This document shows positions 35,894-50,247 of a stretch of DNA of 64,000 bases, piece by piece. Source of the stretch: Octopus sinensis (taxonomy: Eukaryota); NCBI RefSeq assembly GCF_006345805.1, contig NC_043019.1:15065360-15129359 (forward strand), given 5' to 3'. The first letter of the stretch is position 1. Each line of letters opens with the position of its first letter. The notes under the pieces were generated by a model. It searched no databases. It saw only the letters and a program-made list of their open reading frames with translations, and was not told where the DNA came from. Position numbers and translations under genes: made by a program.

Positions 35894-36209
35894 CATTGTA
35901 ATTATCATTATTATTATTATTATATATTTATTTATTAAATTGTGGTTATGAATAGAAAGAAAAAAAAGTTTATTTTTCTATAACAGATGTTGGTGAAACC
36001 TATTGTTCTTCAGATTTTAATTGGAAGGGGGGAAAAACAATGTGTGTGTGTGTGGGGTGGCTAAGTGAAGAGAACAAGTGTGTGTTTGTCGAATGTGTAG
36101 TGTTTAAATAGAAACATGTCACTTTAATGCCAACAGTTTTACCAAACCGTATGTTTGTGCAAGTCGGTTGATAATAATAATAATAATAATGATGATGATG
36201 ATGATGATA

Positions 36210-36660
36210 ATATTAAAGGCACAGGGCCTGAAAATTTGGGGGAGGGGACTAGTCGATGACATCGACCCCAGTACTCAGCTGGTACTTAATTTATCGACCC
36301 CCAAAAGGATGAAAGGCAAAGTCGACCTCAGCAGAATTTGAACTCAGAACGTAGGAATGGGCAAAATACTGCTAAGCATTTCGCCCAGCGTGCTAACCAC
36401 TCTGCCAGCTCACTGTCTCAATAATAATAATAATAATAATAATAACAATAATAATCCTTTTTATGATATGCACAAGGCCTGAAGTTTTGGGGGAGGAGAT
36501 TCATTGATTACATTGACCCCAGAATTTCACTGGTACTTAATTTATCGACTCCGAAAGGATGAAAGTCTAAGTCAACCTTGGCAGAATTTGAATTCAGAAC
36601 ATAGCGACAGGTGAAATACTGACAAGAATTTCACCTGGCATGCTAACAATACTGCCAGCT
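36210..36660 (-). mobile_element. Two tandem SINE family C copies with (TAA)n-associated tails
   Basis: Both contain aaaggatgaaag..aagtcaacct..gcagaatttgaa.tcagaac and ...gctaac..ctctgccagct. Confidence 0.8.
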
Positions 36661-36689
36661 TGCCAAATAATAACAACAACAACAACATC

Positions 36690-36766
<77 letters not shown>

Positions 36767-38540
36767 TGCATCTAACATGAGTGCATGACCACAAATTTTT
36801 CAGGGAGAGGTTAGTCCATTTAGTGACCACAAATCCTGACAGGTACTTTAATTTATCAATCCTGAAAGAATGAAAGGCAAAGCTCGCCCTGCTGAGATTT
36901 GAACTCAAAAACAAAAATAGCCACAGCGAAAATGCTGCTAGGCATTTTGCCCAACACAAAGAGTTCCATCAATGCTTCATCCTGAAAATGTCAGGTCACT
37001 CTTGTGCGCAGATGGTAACATGTAGCCCAGTACAACCTGTCACATGGTTGAGTCACAGGTGTTGGTTTGTTTACGTCCCTGCGAATTAGCAGCTCAGCAA
37101 AAGAAACTGATAGAATAAGTACCAGGCTTAAAAAGCAAAAAAAAATAAATAAGCATTGGGGGTTTATTCATTCAACTTAAATTCTTCAGTGCAGTGCCCC
37201 AGCATGGCCACAATCTAATGACTGAAACAAGTAAAAGATAAAAGATGTGTGTGTATGTGTACACAGACACATGCACACACATACACACACACACACATAT
37301 ATACACACACACACAGATATATATACATATACACACAAACACATGTGTGTGTGTATGTATGTATGTATATATGTGTCTGTGTGTATTATATTTGGCCTCT
37401 ACCAGGTGTTGGTTTGTTTATGTCCCTGTAACATAACAGTTTGGCAAAAGACACCAATAAAGTAAGTACCAGGCTTAAAATCCTGATTAATTTGTACGAC
37501 TAAAAACCCTTCAGGGTGGTGCCCCAGCGTGGCCGCAGTCCAATGACTGAAACAAGTAAAAGAAAGACAATAGCAGAAAAAAAGGCCCAAGGGGAATTCA
37601 ATGGAGATCGACCCCACCCCCACCTCACAAAATCCTAGATTACTTCGACACACCACAGACCCTAAAAAGTGCCCTCTTCTAGTTCCTTATCTCCTGGTTA
37701 TAGTCACACTTTCAGGTTAGAAACAGCCTCCCCTCCATCAATCTCATTTCTCTTCTGTCTCCCAACAATAACAAACACAAGAATGGTAACCAAAATATAT
37801 CAAAGATAAAGACCAGAAACTAAATTCCTTTATTTAGTAGCTAGTAAGAGGCCCCTAATTCTTATCCTTTCACCCTAATTTGGTGAAGAAAAAAGAAAGG
37901 AAGAAAAGAGGAGAAGATTAGAATCTGAAGATCTTTTCTGCTTGGGTTGAGGAATTTTTTTGGTATTTTCATTTTACTGTTCCCACCACCACCCCACCCA
38001 ATCAACCACCGCCACCACTACCATCAAAATACCATTATCCTTCAAACAGCATGGCAAATAAAATGGAATGAATTTGGATAATAGTAATTCATTTTTTTGG
38101 GGGGGTTTTTGGGTTTTTTTAAGGATTTTAACATAAAGGTGCAGGCGTGGCTGTGTGGCAAGAAGATTGCTTCGTGACCACAAGGTTCTGGGTTCAGTCT
38201 GACTGTGTGGTACCTCGGGCAAATGTCTTCTGCTACAGCCCTGGGCTGACCCGACTCTTGTGAGTGTTTTGGTAGACAGAAACTGAAAGAAGCTCACTGT
38301 GAGTGAGTGTGTGTGTGTACATACACACACATATATACACACATACATACATGCACATGTGTGTGTATATATATATATATATATACACACACACATATGT
38401 ATACATACTCATACATATATATACATATACACTTACATATGAATATATATACATATTCACATATGTACATATATATATATATTCACACTTACATATACAT
38501 ACATATATATATATATATATAATATATATATATATATATT

Positions 38541-38572
<32 letters not shown>

Positions 38573-39267
38573 CATTCACACACACCCATATATATATATA
38601 TATACATTCACACACACCCATATATATATATATATATATATATAGATATATACACATTCACACATATATACATACACACGTACACACACACACATATATG
38701 TATATATAAACCAGGTACTTTATTCCACTATACATAATAGGTCCCTTATTACCTCCTACTTAACTCCAGGAGGATTCGAACTCAGAGTGCGAGGCACTGG
38801 AACAGTTATTACAACAGCAGACCACTTTTTGCTTCTTTTTTTTTTTGTTTTAATTTTAAATTTTATTCCATTTCTTTTGACACTAACAATCCTGCCCTTG
38901 CACCTATGTTTAACGATTTATATTATTGTAATCATACAGCAACGGTTACCCGCTTAACCCCCGTGCTCCCCCCCCCCCACATATCATCTTCAAATGGCAA
39001 GAATCGGAGATGAAGGGCAGTTTACTTAATGGATTAAAGAATACCCCAAATTGCTGTTATTTTTGGCCTTGTTTGCATCAGAAATGCGGCTCCGAAGAAC
39101 TAACCTTTCCAGAAGTCAGCAATATTTGAAATGGCGTTGAAATAAATATATGATATGCCCACGTGTGTTTATGTGTGTGTGTGTGTGTATACTCATATAT
39201 ATATATATATATATATTCACACACACACACACCACACACACACATATATATATACACAAATATATAT

Positions 39268-39302
<35 letters not shown>

Positions 39303-39939
39303 CACACACATACATATATACATATACACATATATATATACATATATATATATATATATGCATACATATATATATACATCTATATACATACATATATATA
39401 TATACATCTATATACATATATATATATACATATATATATATATACACACACACACATATATATATATGCTGAATCTCTATCTTTCCCTCTCTTTCACATC
39501 ACCCTCTCTACTTCCCTCTTTCTCTCCCACCGCCTCACATACAGCTCTGTAATCTGTGGTATTATGTCTGACACGATGGCAATCACAATGGCACCCACCC
39601 CACTCTTACACACTACCACCACTGCCACCACCACCACCACCGCACTCACCATCACTACCACCGCCTCTACTCCAACCGACCCACCACCACCTATATATAT
39701 ATATATATATATATCCGTCACAATTTGTGGGGTGTTCTTGCTTCAGTTAGTTCTGAAGACGGTTGTGAGCTGGCAGAATCGTTAGCAAACGAGGCAAAAT
39801 GATTCACAGCAATTCTTCCAGCTTCATGTTTTGAGTTCAAATCCCACCAGGATCAACTTTGCCTTTCGTCCTCTCAGGGTTTAACAAAATGAGTTCTAAC
39901 TGAGAACTGGCGTTGATGTAATTGAATTAAAGGGCAGGT

Positions 39940-40320
39940 GGAGGTGCAATGGCACAGTGGTTAGGGCAGCGGACTCGTGGTCATAGGATCGCGGTTTCGA
40001 TTCCCAGACCAGGTGTTGTGAGTGTTTATTAAGCAAAGACACCTAAAACTCCATGAGGTTCCAGCAGGGGGTGCTGGCAACCCCTGCTGTACTCTTTCAC
40101 CACAACTTTCTCTCACTCTTTCTTTCTGTTTCTGCTGTACCTGTATTTCAAAGGGGGTCAGCCTTGTCACATTCTGTGTCATGCTGAATCTCTCCGAGAA
40201 CTACGTTAAGGGTACACATGTCTGTGGAGTACTCAGCCACTTGCACGTTAATTTCACGAGCAGGCTGTTCCGTTGATCAGATCAACTGGAACCCTTGTCA
40301 TTGTAACCGACAGAGTACCA
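39940..40320 (+). mobile_element. Full-length SINE family A
   Basis: Reverse complement of the 1206-1584 copy. Confidence 0.85.
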
Positions 40321-40394
40321 CAAATTAAAGGGTAAAGAGTAATGACCATGGGATTGCCCCTAGAAAGTTCCCCTTTGTGGCATAAGTCTGGGCA

Positions 40395-40658
40395 AGGTTG
40401 TTTTATGGAAGACCAGCAGTCACCCATGCACACCAGTCTCCCCCTCTCCATGTCATTGATGTTATCCAAGGAGAAGGCAAAGGGGCCGATACAGCTTGGC
40501 ACCAGTAACATCTCAACTCATTTTTACAGACGAGTGAACTGGAGCAACATGAAATAAAGTGTCTTGCTCAAGAACACAACACACAACTTGGTCTTAGATT
40601 CGAACTCACTACCTCATGATTGTGAGCTTGACACTAACCACTGAGCTATGCGTCTCCA
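40395..40658 (-). mobile_element. SINE family E (tRNA head plus CORE/V-like body)
   Basis: Homologous to 46718-46980 and 55140-55283; head is the reverse complement of ...ctaaccactgagctatgcgtctcc. Confidence 0.7.
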
Positions 40659-41513
40659 CATAATGCACATAAATATTAACAACAAAATCTGATGTGGAGC
40701 CCACCAAGGGCCATATGAATCCTAGTTGAGAACCAGTGTTTATCGACCATTTTTTACCTGTGGACCCCTTCGAACCTGTTTTCTCATTCCTAAGGTATGA
40801 AACTGCCAGATCAAGATTGGAGCTTGGTGCAGCCATCTGGTTCACCAGCCCACAATCAAATCGTCCAACCCATGCTAGCATGGAAAGCAGACGTTAAACA
40901 ATGGTGATGATATATATATATATACGATGGGCTTCTTTCAGTTTCCATCTACCAAATCCACTCACAAGGCTTTGGTCAGCCTGGGGCTATAGTAGAAGAC
41001 ACTCGCCCAAGATGCCACGTGGTTGGGAATCAAGCTGCTTACCACACAGCCACGCTTGTGCCTGACCCCACAGAGGTTTTCTCATTACTTAGTCTAGAAC
41101 TCAACTTCAGCAGCTGAAGGAACAAAATAGAATTCACAAACAAACTTAAGAGGAATTTGAACTCAGAACATAGGGGGGCATAAACTAAACGCCGGGCCAC
41201 TCCACTCCACTCCACCTGTCACTCCACCCCCATCACCATGGTTACATAAAAAAAAAATGTCAAAGTGAAAAGAAGCAGAAAACTTAATGAGGGAGAATCA
41301 GATGAAATATGTAATTAAGTAGTTGATATAAACTGTCCTAATTATGTCCTAATTATGGTTTAAATGACAGTTTTGTATGGGGTGGTGGTGGTGGTGATGG
41401 GCATTGATGGTATGACAATTCACTGCAGTTACAAGAGTGGTAGAGGTGGAAGGCTGAGGGGGTGTTGTGTGTATATGTGTGTTTGCCTCTATTTGTCTTA
41501 GCCTTTCTTTCTA

Positions 41514-41556
<43 letters not shown>

Positions 41557-41715
41557 ATCATTTCTAGGATTGTCATTATTTTTCTTGCCCCAGTTTCTCT
41601 TTCTTTGCAGTCATTGCCTTTCGCTTCACCTCTCACAACTCCTCCTCCTCCTTCTTTATTCCATTAGACTCCCTCCTTCTCCTTCAGTACTCCCTTCTCT
41701 ATACTCACTCACTCA

Positions 41716-41749
<34 letters not shown>

Positions 41750-43074
41750 CACCACTTATCCCTCTCATACTATGTCAACCTTCTTTACATCAGTCTCCTA
41801 ACCCAACCATAGAATACATTAATGGGTAGGAGTGTGTGTGTGTGCTCATGTGAGTGTGTGTGGACTCCTGTTCGTGTGTGGTGTGTGTGTGTGTGTGCTC
41901 ATGTGAGTGTGTGTGGACTCCTGTTCGTGTGTGTGTGTGTGTGTGCTCATGTGAGTGGAGTCCTGCTCATGTGTGAGTGTGTGTTTTCACATGTGTTTGT
42001 ATATGTGCTCATGTGTGTGTGTTTGTGAATGCATGCTCCTGTGTATGTGTGTGTGCAAGTGCTTATGTATGTGTGTGTGGATGCATGCTAATGTGTATGT
42101 GTGTGTGCTCACATGTGCACGTATGTGTGTGTACTCATCTATGTGTATGTGTGCTCATGTGTGTGTATGTGTGTGTGTGTGTATACATGCAGCATGTGTT
42201 AGTCTGTCTGATCTTGCAAAACGTGTGTAATGTATTCATGTATATGTAAATGCAAGTGTGCTAGCATGTGTGTGTGTGTGTGATTGCATATCATGTGGCC
42301 ACATGTGAACATAGGTGTGTAAATGAGAGACAGACAGACAGACAGACCGAAAGGGGAGGAGAACAGCACAGGGGTTAAGTAGGTGTGTTTATACTTATAA
42401 TAACTGTGTTAATTTGGAGTAATTACCACTCTAACGATTAAGGCCTCAAAACCACCAACAAAATAAAACAAATTCATTTATTTCACTTTCAAGCAAAAAC
42501 AGAGCTGACAAAGGATCTCCTAAGCAGTCACTTGACATGGTAGAAACAGTAGTGAAATCACCGTGAAATCAGACCCTACTGCATTTTAAAGGACACATTG
42601 GATAATGTAGTCTTAGGTACACAATGTCTGAATAGACTGGATGGGCTTGGCTGGAGTATCTTTGGTTGTAAGTTGGAGCAGAGCTGGCCAGGAGCTAAAG
42701 AATGTGGTCGAGAAGTTTGCTTGTAAAGGTGCATAGCCAAGTGGAAAGGGTTCAAATCCTCAGCTGGGTTGTGTTCTTGAGCAAGACACTTTATTTCTCA
42801 TTGCTCCCATCCACTCAGCTGGCAAAACTGAGTCGTACCTGTGTTTCAAAGGGGCCAGCCTGGTCCCTTTCTGTATCGTGCTGAATACCCCTGAAAACTA
42901 CATTAAGTGGAGTGCTCAGCCTCTGGCATCTTAATTTCACAAACAGGTTGTTCCATTGGTTGGCCTGAAGCTATTGCAGAAGACACTTGCCCAAGGTGCC
43001 AGGTAGTGGGACTGAACCTGGAACCATGTGGTTGAGAAGCAAGCTTCTTACCACACAGTCGTCCACCTAAGTGA

Positions 43075-44590
43075 GTTAGTAAAGTACAGTGATAAGATGG
43101 CAGAGTACAGTATGTTATGGCAGAGTGGCACATTGTTAAGTGTTAAAGTACAAGGCTGTGTTAGTAGAAGCATGACATGTGGATAGAGTACATGGCTGGT
43201 TGAGTATAATGCTATGTTGGTAGAGTGGTGTGTTGATAGAGTACAATAGCTTGTTGGCAGAAGGTAGTTGGGTGTTGGTAGAGTACAGCGGCATGTTGGT
43301 AGAATAAGATGACGTATTGTTAGAGTACAAAGTTATGTAACTGAGAAACATGCAGAAGCATGAAAGGGAAGATATAAATCTTGATGTATGTGTTGGTAGA
43401 GTACAGTGGTGTGTTTGGGTAGTACAGTCGCATATTGGTATGGTAAGATGTTTTGGAAGTATAAGTACAGTGGCAAGTTGATGAAGTACAATGGCATGTT
43501 GGAAAGATGTAGTTGTGTGATAATAGAGTACAGTGGCATGTTGGTAGGGTAAGATGTTATATTGTTAGAGTACAGTGCTTGGTAGAGCACTTTGCTGTGT
43601 TGGCAGAGTACAGTGGGGCGTTGGTAGAGTAAGATGTTATATTGTTAGAGTACAGTGGCATGTTGGTAGGGTAAGATGTTATATTGTTAGAGTACGGTGC
43701 TTGGTAGAGCACTTTGCTGTGTTGGCAGAGTACAGTGGGGCGTTGGTAGAATAAGATGTTATATTGTTAGAGTACAGTGGCATGTTGGTAGGGTAAGATG
43801 TTATATTGTTAGAGTACAGTGCTTGATAGAGCACTTTGCTGTGTTGGCAGAGTACAGTGGGGCGTTGGTAGAGTAAGATGTTATATTGTTAGAGTACAGT
43901 GGCATGTTGGTAGGGTAAGATGTTATATTGTTAGAGTACAGTGCTTGGTAGAGCACATTGCTGTGTTGGCAGAGTACAGTGGCATGTTGGTAGGGTAAGA
44001 TGTTATACTGTTAGAGTACAGTGGCATGTTGGTAGGGTAAGATGTTATATTGTTAGAGTACAGTGCTTGGTAGAGCACTTTGCTGTGTTGGCAGAGTACA
44101 GTGGCATGTTGGTAGGGTAAGATGTTATATTGTTAGAGTACAGTGCTTGATAGAGCACTTTGCTGTGTTGGCAGAGTACAGTGGGGCGTTGGTAGAGTAA
44201 GATGTTATATTGTTAGAGTACAGTGGCATGTTGGTAGGGTAAGATGTTATATTGTTAGAGTACAGTGCTTGATAGAGCACTTTGCTGTGTTGGCAGAGTA
44301 CAGTGGGGCGTTGGTAGAGTAAGATGTTATATTGTTAGAGTACAGTGGCATGTTGGTAGGGTAAGATGTTATATTGTTAGAGTACAGTGCTTGGTAGAGC
44401 CCATTGCTGTGTTGGCAGAGTACAGTGGGGCGTTGGTAGAGTAAGATGTTATATTGTTAGAGTACAGTGGCATGTTGGTAGAGTAAGATGTTATATTGTT
44501 AGAGTACAGTGCTTGGTAGAGCACTTTGCTGTGTTGGCAGAGTACAGTGGCGTGTTGGTAGAGCATGGTGATGAATTGGTAGAGTACAGT
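43075..44590. repeat. 21-bp minisatellite with a homogenised 122-bp higher-order repeat core (about 43525-44545)
   Basis: Monomers agagtacagtggcatgttggt / agggtaagatgttatattgtt / agagtacagtgcttggt (17 bp) / agagcactttgctgtgttggc / agagtacagtggggcgttggt / agagtaagatgttatattgtt sum to 122 bp; an 80-bp variant lacks two monomers. Confidence 0.95.
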
Positions 44591-45264
44591 ATTACATAGA
44601 ATATATGTAATGGAGAAATATGCTGGAATGTGAAAGGAAAGATGTAAGAACTCACGGCGGAGAAGTAGAAGGAGTAGACGAAGAACAAGATGTGAATGAA
44701 AAGAGAAAACTGCTTGATGATAATCAAAGAGACAGAAAGGATGACAGCTTACAAAAAGACCCTCAAAGCTGTTCCTGGACCCACAGGCAAAACTTCACCT
44801 ATTTCCAACTTTGAAATTATCCCCTAATGAAGTCTCATCTGAAAGGAAACAGTTTCAGCCTTAAGACAACGAAACATTAATTACATATAAATTTGGATAA
44901 TTAACAATTCATTATTTTTCTCAGAATGCAGCCCTTGACGATGTGTGGGTGTGGGTGTGGGTATGATGACACTCTCATGGTAGGAGTGGCGTGAAAGCAT
45001 TATTTTTCTCAGGACATATCGGGCCCCCACCTACAAGTACTTACGCACTTGTAATTAAACCCTTAGTACTAAAAAAAGAAAAGGTGCCCCACCCCTGTTC
45101 TATATGACCACTCATCATGCTAGAAATAGCAACCAAATCTGCCTCAAATTTTATTGCACCATTTTAATTACACACATACACACACACATACACACATATA
45201 TAAAAATGTTTGTTTTTATGTTATAATATAAATTTTACATTAAACTGCAGGATTACACAATACT

Positions 45265-45363
45265 TTTGATAGATTACAAATTCATTTAATAGAGTACAAA
45301 TTCATTTGATAGAGTACACATTCATTTGATAGAGTACAAATTCATTTGATAGAGTACAAATTC
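45265..45363. repeat. 20-bp tandem repeat x5 (ttcatttgatagagtacaaa)
   Basis: Directly visible; shares gatagagtaca with the upstream minisatellite. Confidence 0.9.
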
Positions 45364-45367
45364 TTTA

Positions 45368-45484
45368 ACAAGAATATTACTGACAGTGACTTCGAAGTTC
45401 CAACCAGCTAAGCCATCATCGGACACAGTCCGATGATAGCTTACCTGGCCAAAACTTCAAAGCCACTCTCAATACTATTCTTGT
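45368..45484. repeat. 117-bp palindrome (57-bp arms, 3-nt loop) made of two head-to-head hammerhead-like motifs
   Basis: 46/57 arm positions match. Inferred arm consensus: cagt CCGATGA t ggct tagct ggcc GAAA cttcgaag TC actgtc. Confidence 0.75.
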
Positions 45485-45624
45485 CACAGAATTATGATTT
45501 TATTCAGCATATTCACTTCTCAGATTGACTCACTTACTGCAGCGGTCCTTCAGTTTTTCTAAGCCCTATAAAGGAAATTGGAACATAGGGCCCACCCCAT
45601 ACCTCATAAATATATATATATATA

Positions 45625-45858
45625 TTATTTCTTTATTGCCCACAAGGGGCTAAACATAGGGGGGACAAACAAGGACAGACAAAGGGATTAAGTCGATTAC
45701 ATCGAGCCCAGTACATAACTGGCACTTAATTTATCGACCCCGAAAGGATGAAAGGCAAAGTTGACTTCAGCGGAATTTGAACTCAGAACGTAACGGCAGA
45801 CAAAATACCGCTAAGCATTTCGCCCGGCGCGCTAACGTGTCTGCCAGCTCGCCACCTT
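45625..45858 (-). mobile_element. SINE family C with L1/Tx1-like tail
   Basis: tttctttattgcccacaaggggctaaacata...gccagctcgccacc; a second copy is at about 46315-46545. Confidence 0.85.
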
Positions 45859-45868
45859 AGTATGTATA

Positions 45869-45911
<43 letters not shown>

Positions 45912-47705
45912 GCATGTATGCATGTATGCATGTATATCTCTTCAGCTCCACCCCCAACCCACCTGCCGAACGATCAACTGATCGGCTTATTAATATCTCG
46001 TTTGTATTTCGTCATTAGGTAATAAAAATAAACTGAGATAAAGAACCCCACCTCATTCCCCACTCCACCCCCGTCCATCATCCCTACCAACCTGTTTAGC
46101 ATATCATTAACATATACAGATATATTGTTAATATATATATATCGTTATTAAGCACTAAAAATAAACCCAGATTACTTCCAGCCGCCACCACAACAATCAC
46201 CAGAACCACCAACTTTGTTAAGCAGGAAGCCTTAGTGTGGATGCTCCACTTGTTAGAAAAAGCAGCTAAATTTTGCACATTTCAAACTTGAAATTTTTAG
46301 CATTCGCAATATTCTTATTTCTTTATTGCCCACAAGGAGCTAAACATAGAAGGGACAAACAAGGACAGACAAAGGAATTAAGTTGATTACATCAACTCCA
46401 GTGCATAACTGATACTTAATTTATCGACTCCGAAAGGATGACAGGCAAAGTTGACCTCGGTGGAATTTGAACTCAGAACGTAACGGCAGACAAAATACCG
46501 GTAAGCATTTCGCCCGGTATGCCAATGTTTCTGCCAGCTCACCGTATTCGCATTATTCTGTCAAAAGTAATTCTTTCTCTTTTACTTGTTTCAGGCATTT
46601 GGCTGCGGCCATGCTGGAACACTGCCTTAAAGGGTTTTAGTCAAAGAAACTGACCCATGGACCTAATCTTTGTAAGCCTAGTGCTAACTCTATCAGTCTC
46701 TTTTGCCGAACAGATAAGTTGTTTATGTAAGACCAGCAGTCACTCATGCATACCGGCATCCCCTCTCCATGCCACCAGTGTTATCCAAGGGAAAGGCAAA
46801 GGGGCCGATACAGCTTGGCACCTGTGACGCCACAACTCATTTCTACAGGTGAGTGAACTGGAGCAACGTGAAATAAAGTGCCTTGCTCAAGAACACAACA
46901 CGCAGCCCGGTCCGGGATTTGAACTCACAACCTCACGATCGTAAGCTCTATGCTCTAACCACTGAGCCATGCACCTTCACTATATATGTATATATAAATA
47001 TATATATATCTATACAGAGAGGGGGAGAGAGAGAAAGAAAGAAAGAAAGAAGGAAGGAAGGAAGGAAGGAGAGAGAGAAAGGCTCTTTTCAGTTTCCATC
47101 TATGAAATCCACTCACAAGGCTTTGGTCGGCCTGAGGCTATATCAGAAGACACTTGGCCAAGGTGCCATGCAGTGGGAATGAATCCTGAACCATGTTGTT
47201 GGGAAGCAAGCTACTTACCACACAGCCACACCTGCGCCCATTCACGTTGTTCTGAATGAATCCTAGATTAACCTGTAGTTACGAGATCTTGAGGTCGCTG
47301 ATCATTTTTAAGAATGTCCTTGTAGGCTAGGTACAAGAAACCAGATCTGACCAGTTTGAACATAAAAACAGAATATTTGGGCTGGATGTGGTCAGTTTAA
47401 AGGTGAAAGGGTTAAGGTATTTGGAAAAAAAGAGTACACGTGACACTAGATATGAAATGTCTGTCAACAAAAAAAAAAAAAATTTTCAGGATGGTCACAG
47501 CTGGAAGATTTCATGAGATGATGGCAGGCAAACCTGAGACTAATGTAGTCGAACCTGTTAATTATATCGTTAATAATACATTGTTTAATAGATCACCATT
47601 ATGTACAAAGACTAAAAATAAAGACCAATTACCATTCATCACGATGCCATTACTGCTGCTCCACCAAACAGGGATGAGGATCATAACATGCATACATACA
47701 TACAT

Positions 47706-48107
47706 ACTCTTTTACTCTTTTACTTGTTTCAGTCATTTGACTGCGGCCATGCTGGAGCACCGCCTTTAGTCGAGCAACTCGACCCCGGGACTTATTCTTT
47801 GTAAGCCGAGTACTTATTCTATTGGTCTCTTTTACCGAACCGCTAAGTAATGGGGACATAAACACACCAGCATCGGTTGTCAAGCAATGCTAGGGGGACA
47901 AACACAGACACACAAACATACACACACACACATATATATATATACGACAGGCTTCTTTCAGTTTCCGTCTACCAAATCCACTCACAAGGCTTTGGTCGGC
48001 CCAAGGCTATAGCAGAAAACACTTGCCCAAGGTGCCACGCAGTGGGACTGAACCTGGAACCATGTGATTGGTAAACAAGCTACTTACCACATAACCACTC
48101 CTGCGCC
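47706..48107 (-). mobile_element. Full-length SINE family B (second copy at 48196-48575)
   Basis: Complete consensus from ctcttttactcttttacttgtttcag to ccactcctgcgcc. Confidence 0.9.
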
Positions 48108-48753
48108 TATATACATACATGCACATATATATATACACACACATAAATACGTATATATATATATATATATATATACATACATTTATATATAGATACTCTT
48201 TTAGTCTTTTATTTGTTTGTCATTTGACTGCGGCCATGCTGGAGCACAGCATTTAGTCGAGCAGATCGACCCCAGGACTTATTCTTTGTAAGCGCAGTAC
48301 TTACTCTATCGGACTCTTTTGCCAGAACCACTAAGTTACGGGGACATATACACTCCGGCATCGGTCATCAAGTGGTGGTGGGGGAGGGGGACAAACACAA
48401 ACACACACATACACAATGGATACAACGGCCTTCTTTCAGTTTCCGTCTACCGAATCCACTCTTAAGGCTTTGGTCGGCCCGAGGCTATAGTAGAAGACAC
48501 TTGCACAAGGTGCCATGCAGTGGGACTGAACCCGGAACCATGTGGTTGGTATGCAAGCTACTTACCACACAGTCACACACACATATATATAGTAGAAACA
48601 GGTGTAAGTTAATAAAGTTTGTAAGATAAAATCGTATTTTCTTTTGTCACCTCATTATCTTATTACCACTCTATACTCATCTAACACTTTGTTCTGAAAC
48701 ATACATGTATTGAGTTCTACACCAGGTCATTAGTCCTAGAGTGCCTAAGTGAT

Positions 48754-48789
<36 letters not shown>

Positions 48790-49139
48790 TAAGAAAAAAA
48801 AGGTAGTTAGGATTTCAATAAAATCTATTTACTTAACATTTTCCTCCCAAAGGGACAAAAAGCACTAAATGAGTAGATTTTATCCAAATCCTTACAACCT
48901 CTTTTTGCTTCTTAATATGTGTGAATGTATGTGTGTATACATATATATATATATATATACATACATATCTAACATATAATAAAACATAATGTGTATCTTG
49001 TATGAATGTATGTGCATGTGTGTGTATGTATATATATGTATGTGTGTGTGTGTGTGTGTAAGCAGAAGATTGAAAAATGTTGCATCACATGTGGTATATA
49101 TACACACACACACACAAATATTTTATATATGTATGTGTA

Positions 49140-49189
<50 letters not shown>

Positions 49190-49208
49190 TACATACACAC
49201 GCACACAC

Positions 49209-49245
<37 letters not shown>

Positions 49246-49452
49246 TATACATATTGAGAGAGAGAGAGAGAGGTAGGTAGGGGAATAAGGATAAACATGA
49301 GCTTATATTTACAGTCCCTGTGTGCATTTCATGATTAAGGTTGTTTGGAGCCCTACAAGGTGTTCTGAGTGCACTTAGATGCAGAACATTTTATGGCATT
49401 TGGTTACAGATAACCATCATCATCATCATCTAACGTCCATTTTCCAACAATT

Positions 49453-49484
<32 letters not shown>

Positions 49485-50179
49485 ATGCATATACAGATAA
49501 AGAGACAGAAAGAGGATGTAGCCATCCAACTTGGTCTTGGAGAGCAATAACTGTGAACAAGAACTCATTCCAAACTGGAATGACTCTCCTAACTCATACC
49601 AGCATAGAAAACGCGTACAAAAATGAAGCTTATAATAAATGCACACGTGTGTGCATCTACGTATGTATGTATGTATGTATGTATGTATGTATGTATGTAT
49701 GTATGTATGTATGTATGTATGTATGTATGTGTGTCCATCAATGCTTACAAATCAAAATCAAATCAGATTTATTGACTGAACCAACAGAAAGGAAATGACA
49801 AAAAACAACAAACAAACAAAACTCCGACGTCATCCAGTTAGATAAATCCGCAAGAAGCTCTCTTTCGGCTGAAATACTACCTATCTAAATTTCATCTAAT
49901 TTTATCCTAATTCCTCCACATCCGATCAGCTTCATTGCAAAAACATATAATCCAAATTGGAAAGACTGGAATGATATTCCACCTATTTTGGGAAAGCCAG
50001 AAAGATAACGAAGACGTCAGATCGGTTTCCAGTTCTTTGCCTTTTTAGTTGGGTTGGTTTTTATTTTTGCTGTTGTTTTTTTTTTTAATTATTTAATCTG
50101 ATTAAGATATTATATAGATGTGGGTGCAGCCAGAGCTATCTGGTTCAGAAGTTCTCACGGCAAGTTTGATACTAGGTTT

Positions 50180-50247
50180 CAAGTTTGAGCCATGATCTCA
50201 GGTTTGAGCCATGATCTCAGGTTTGAGCCATGATTTCAGGTTTGATC
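50180..50247. repeat. 19-bp tandem repeat x3.5 (caggtttgagccatgatct)
   Basis: Directly visible. Confidence 0.9.

Noticed and set aside
38233-39785. Many long Y/I/H/T/C/V-rich ORFs (also at 29-30, 41-42 and 48.9-49.3 kb)
   Set aside because: Translations of (TA)n/(CA)n/(TG)n microsatellites.
43333-44727. Heptad peptides (LYSNNIT/SYSTNMP) resembling the Pol II CTD, and a CRISPR-like look
   Set aside because: The 122-bp period with a 17-bp monomer shifts the frame in each unit. There are no unique spacers or cas genes, and the context is eukaryotic.
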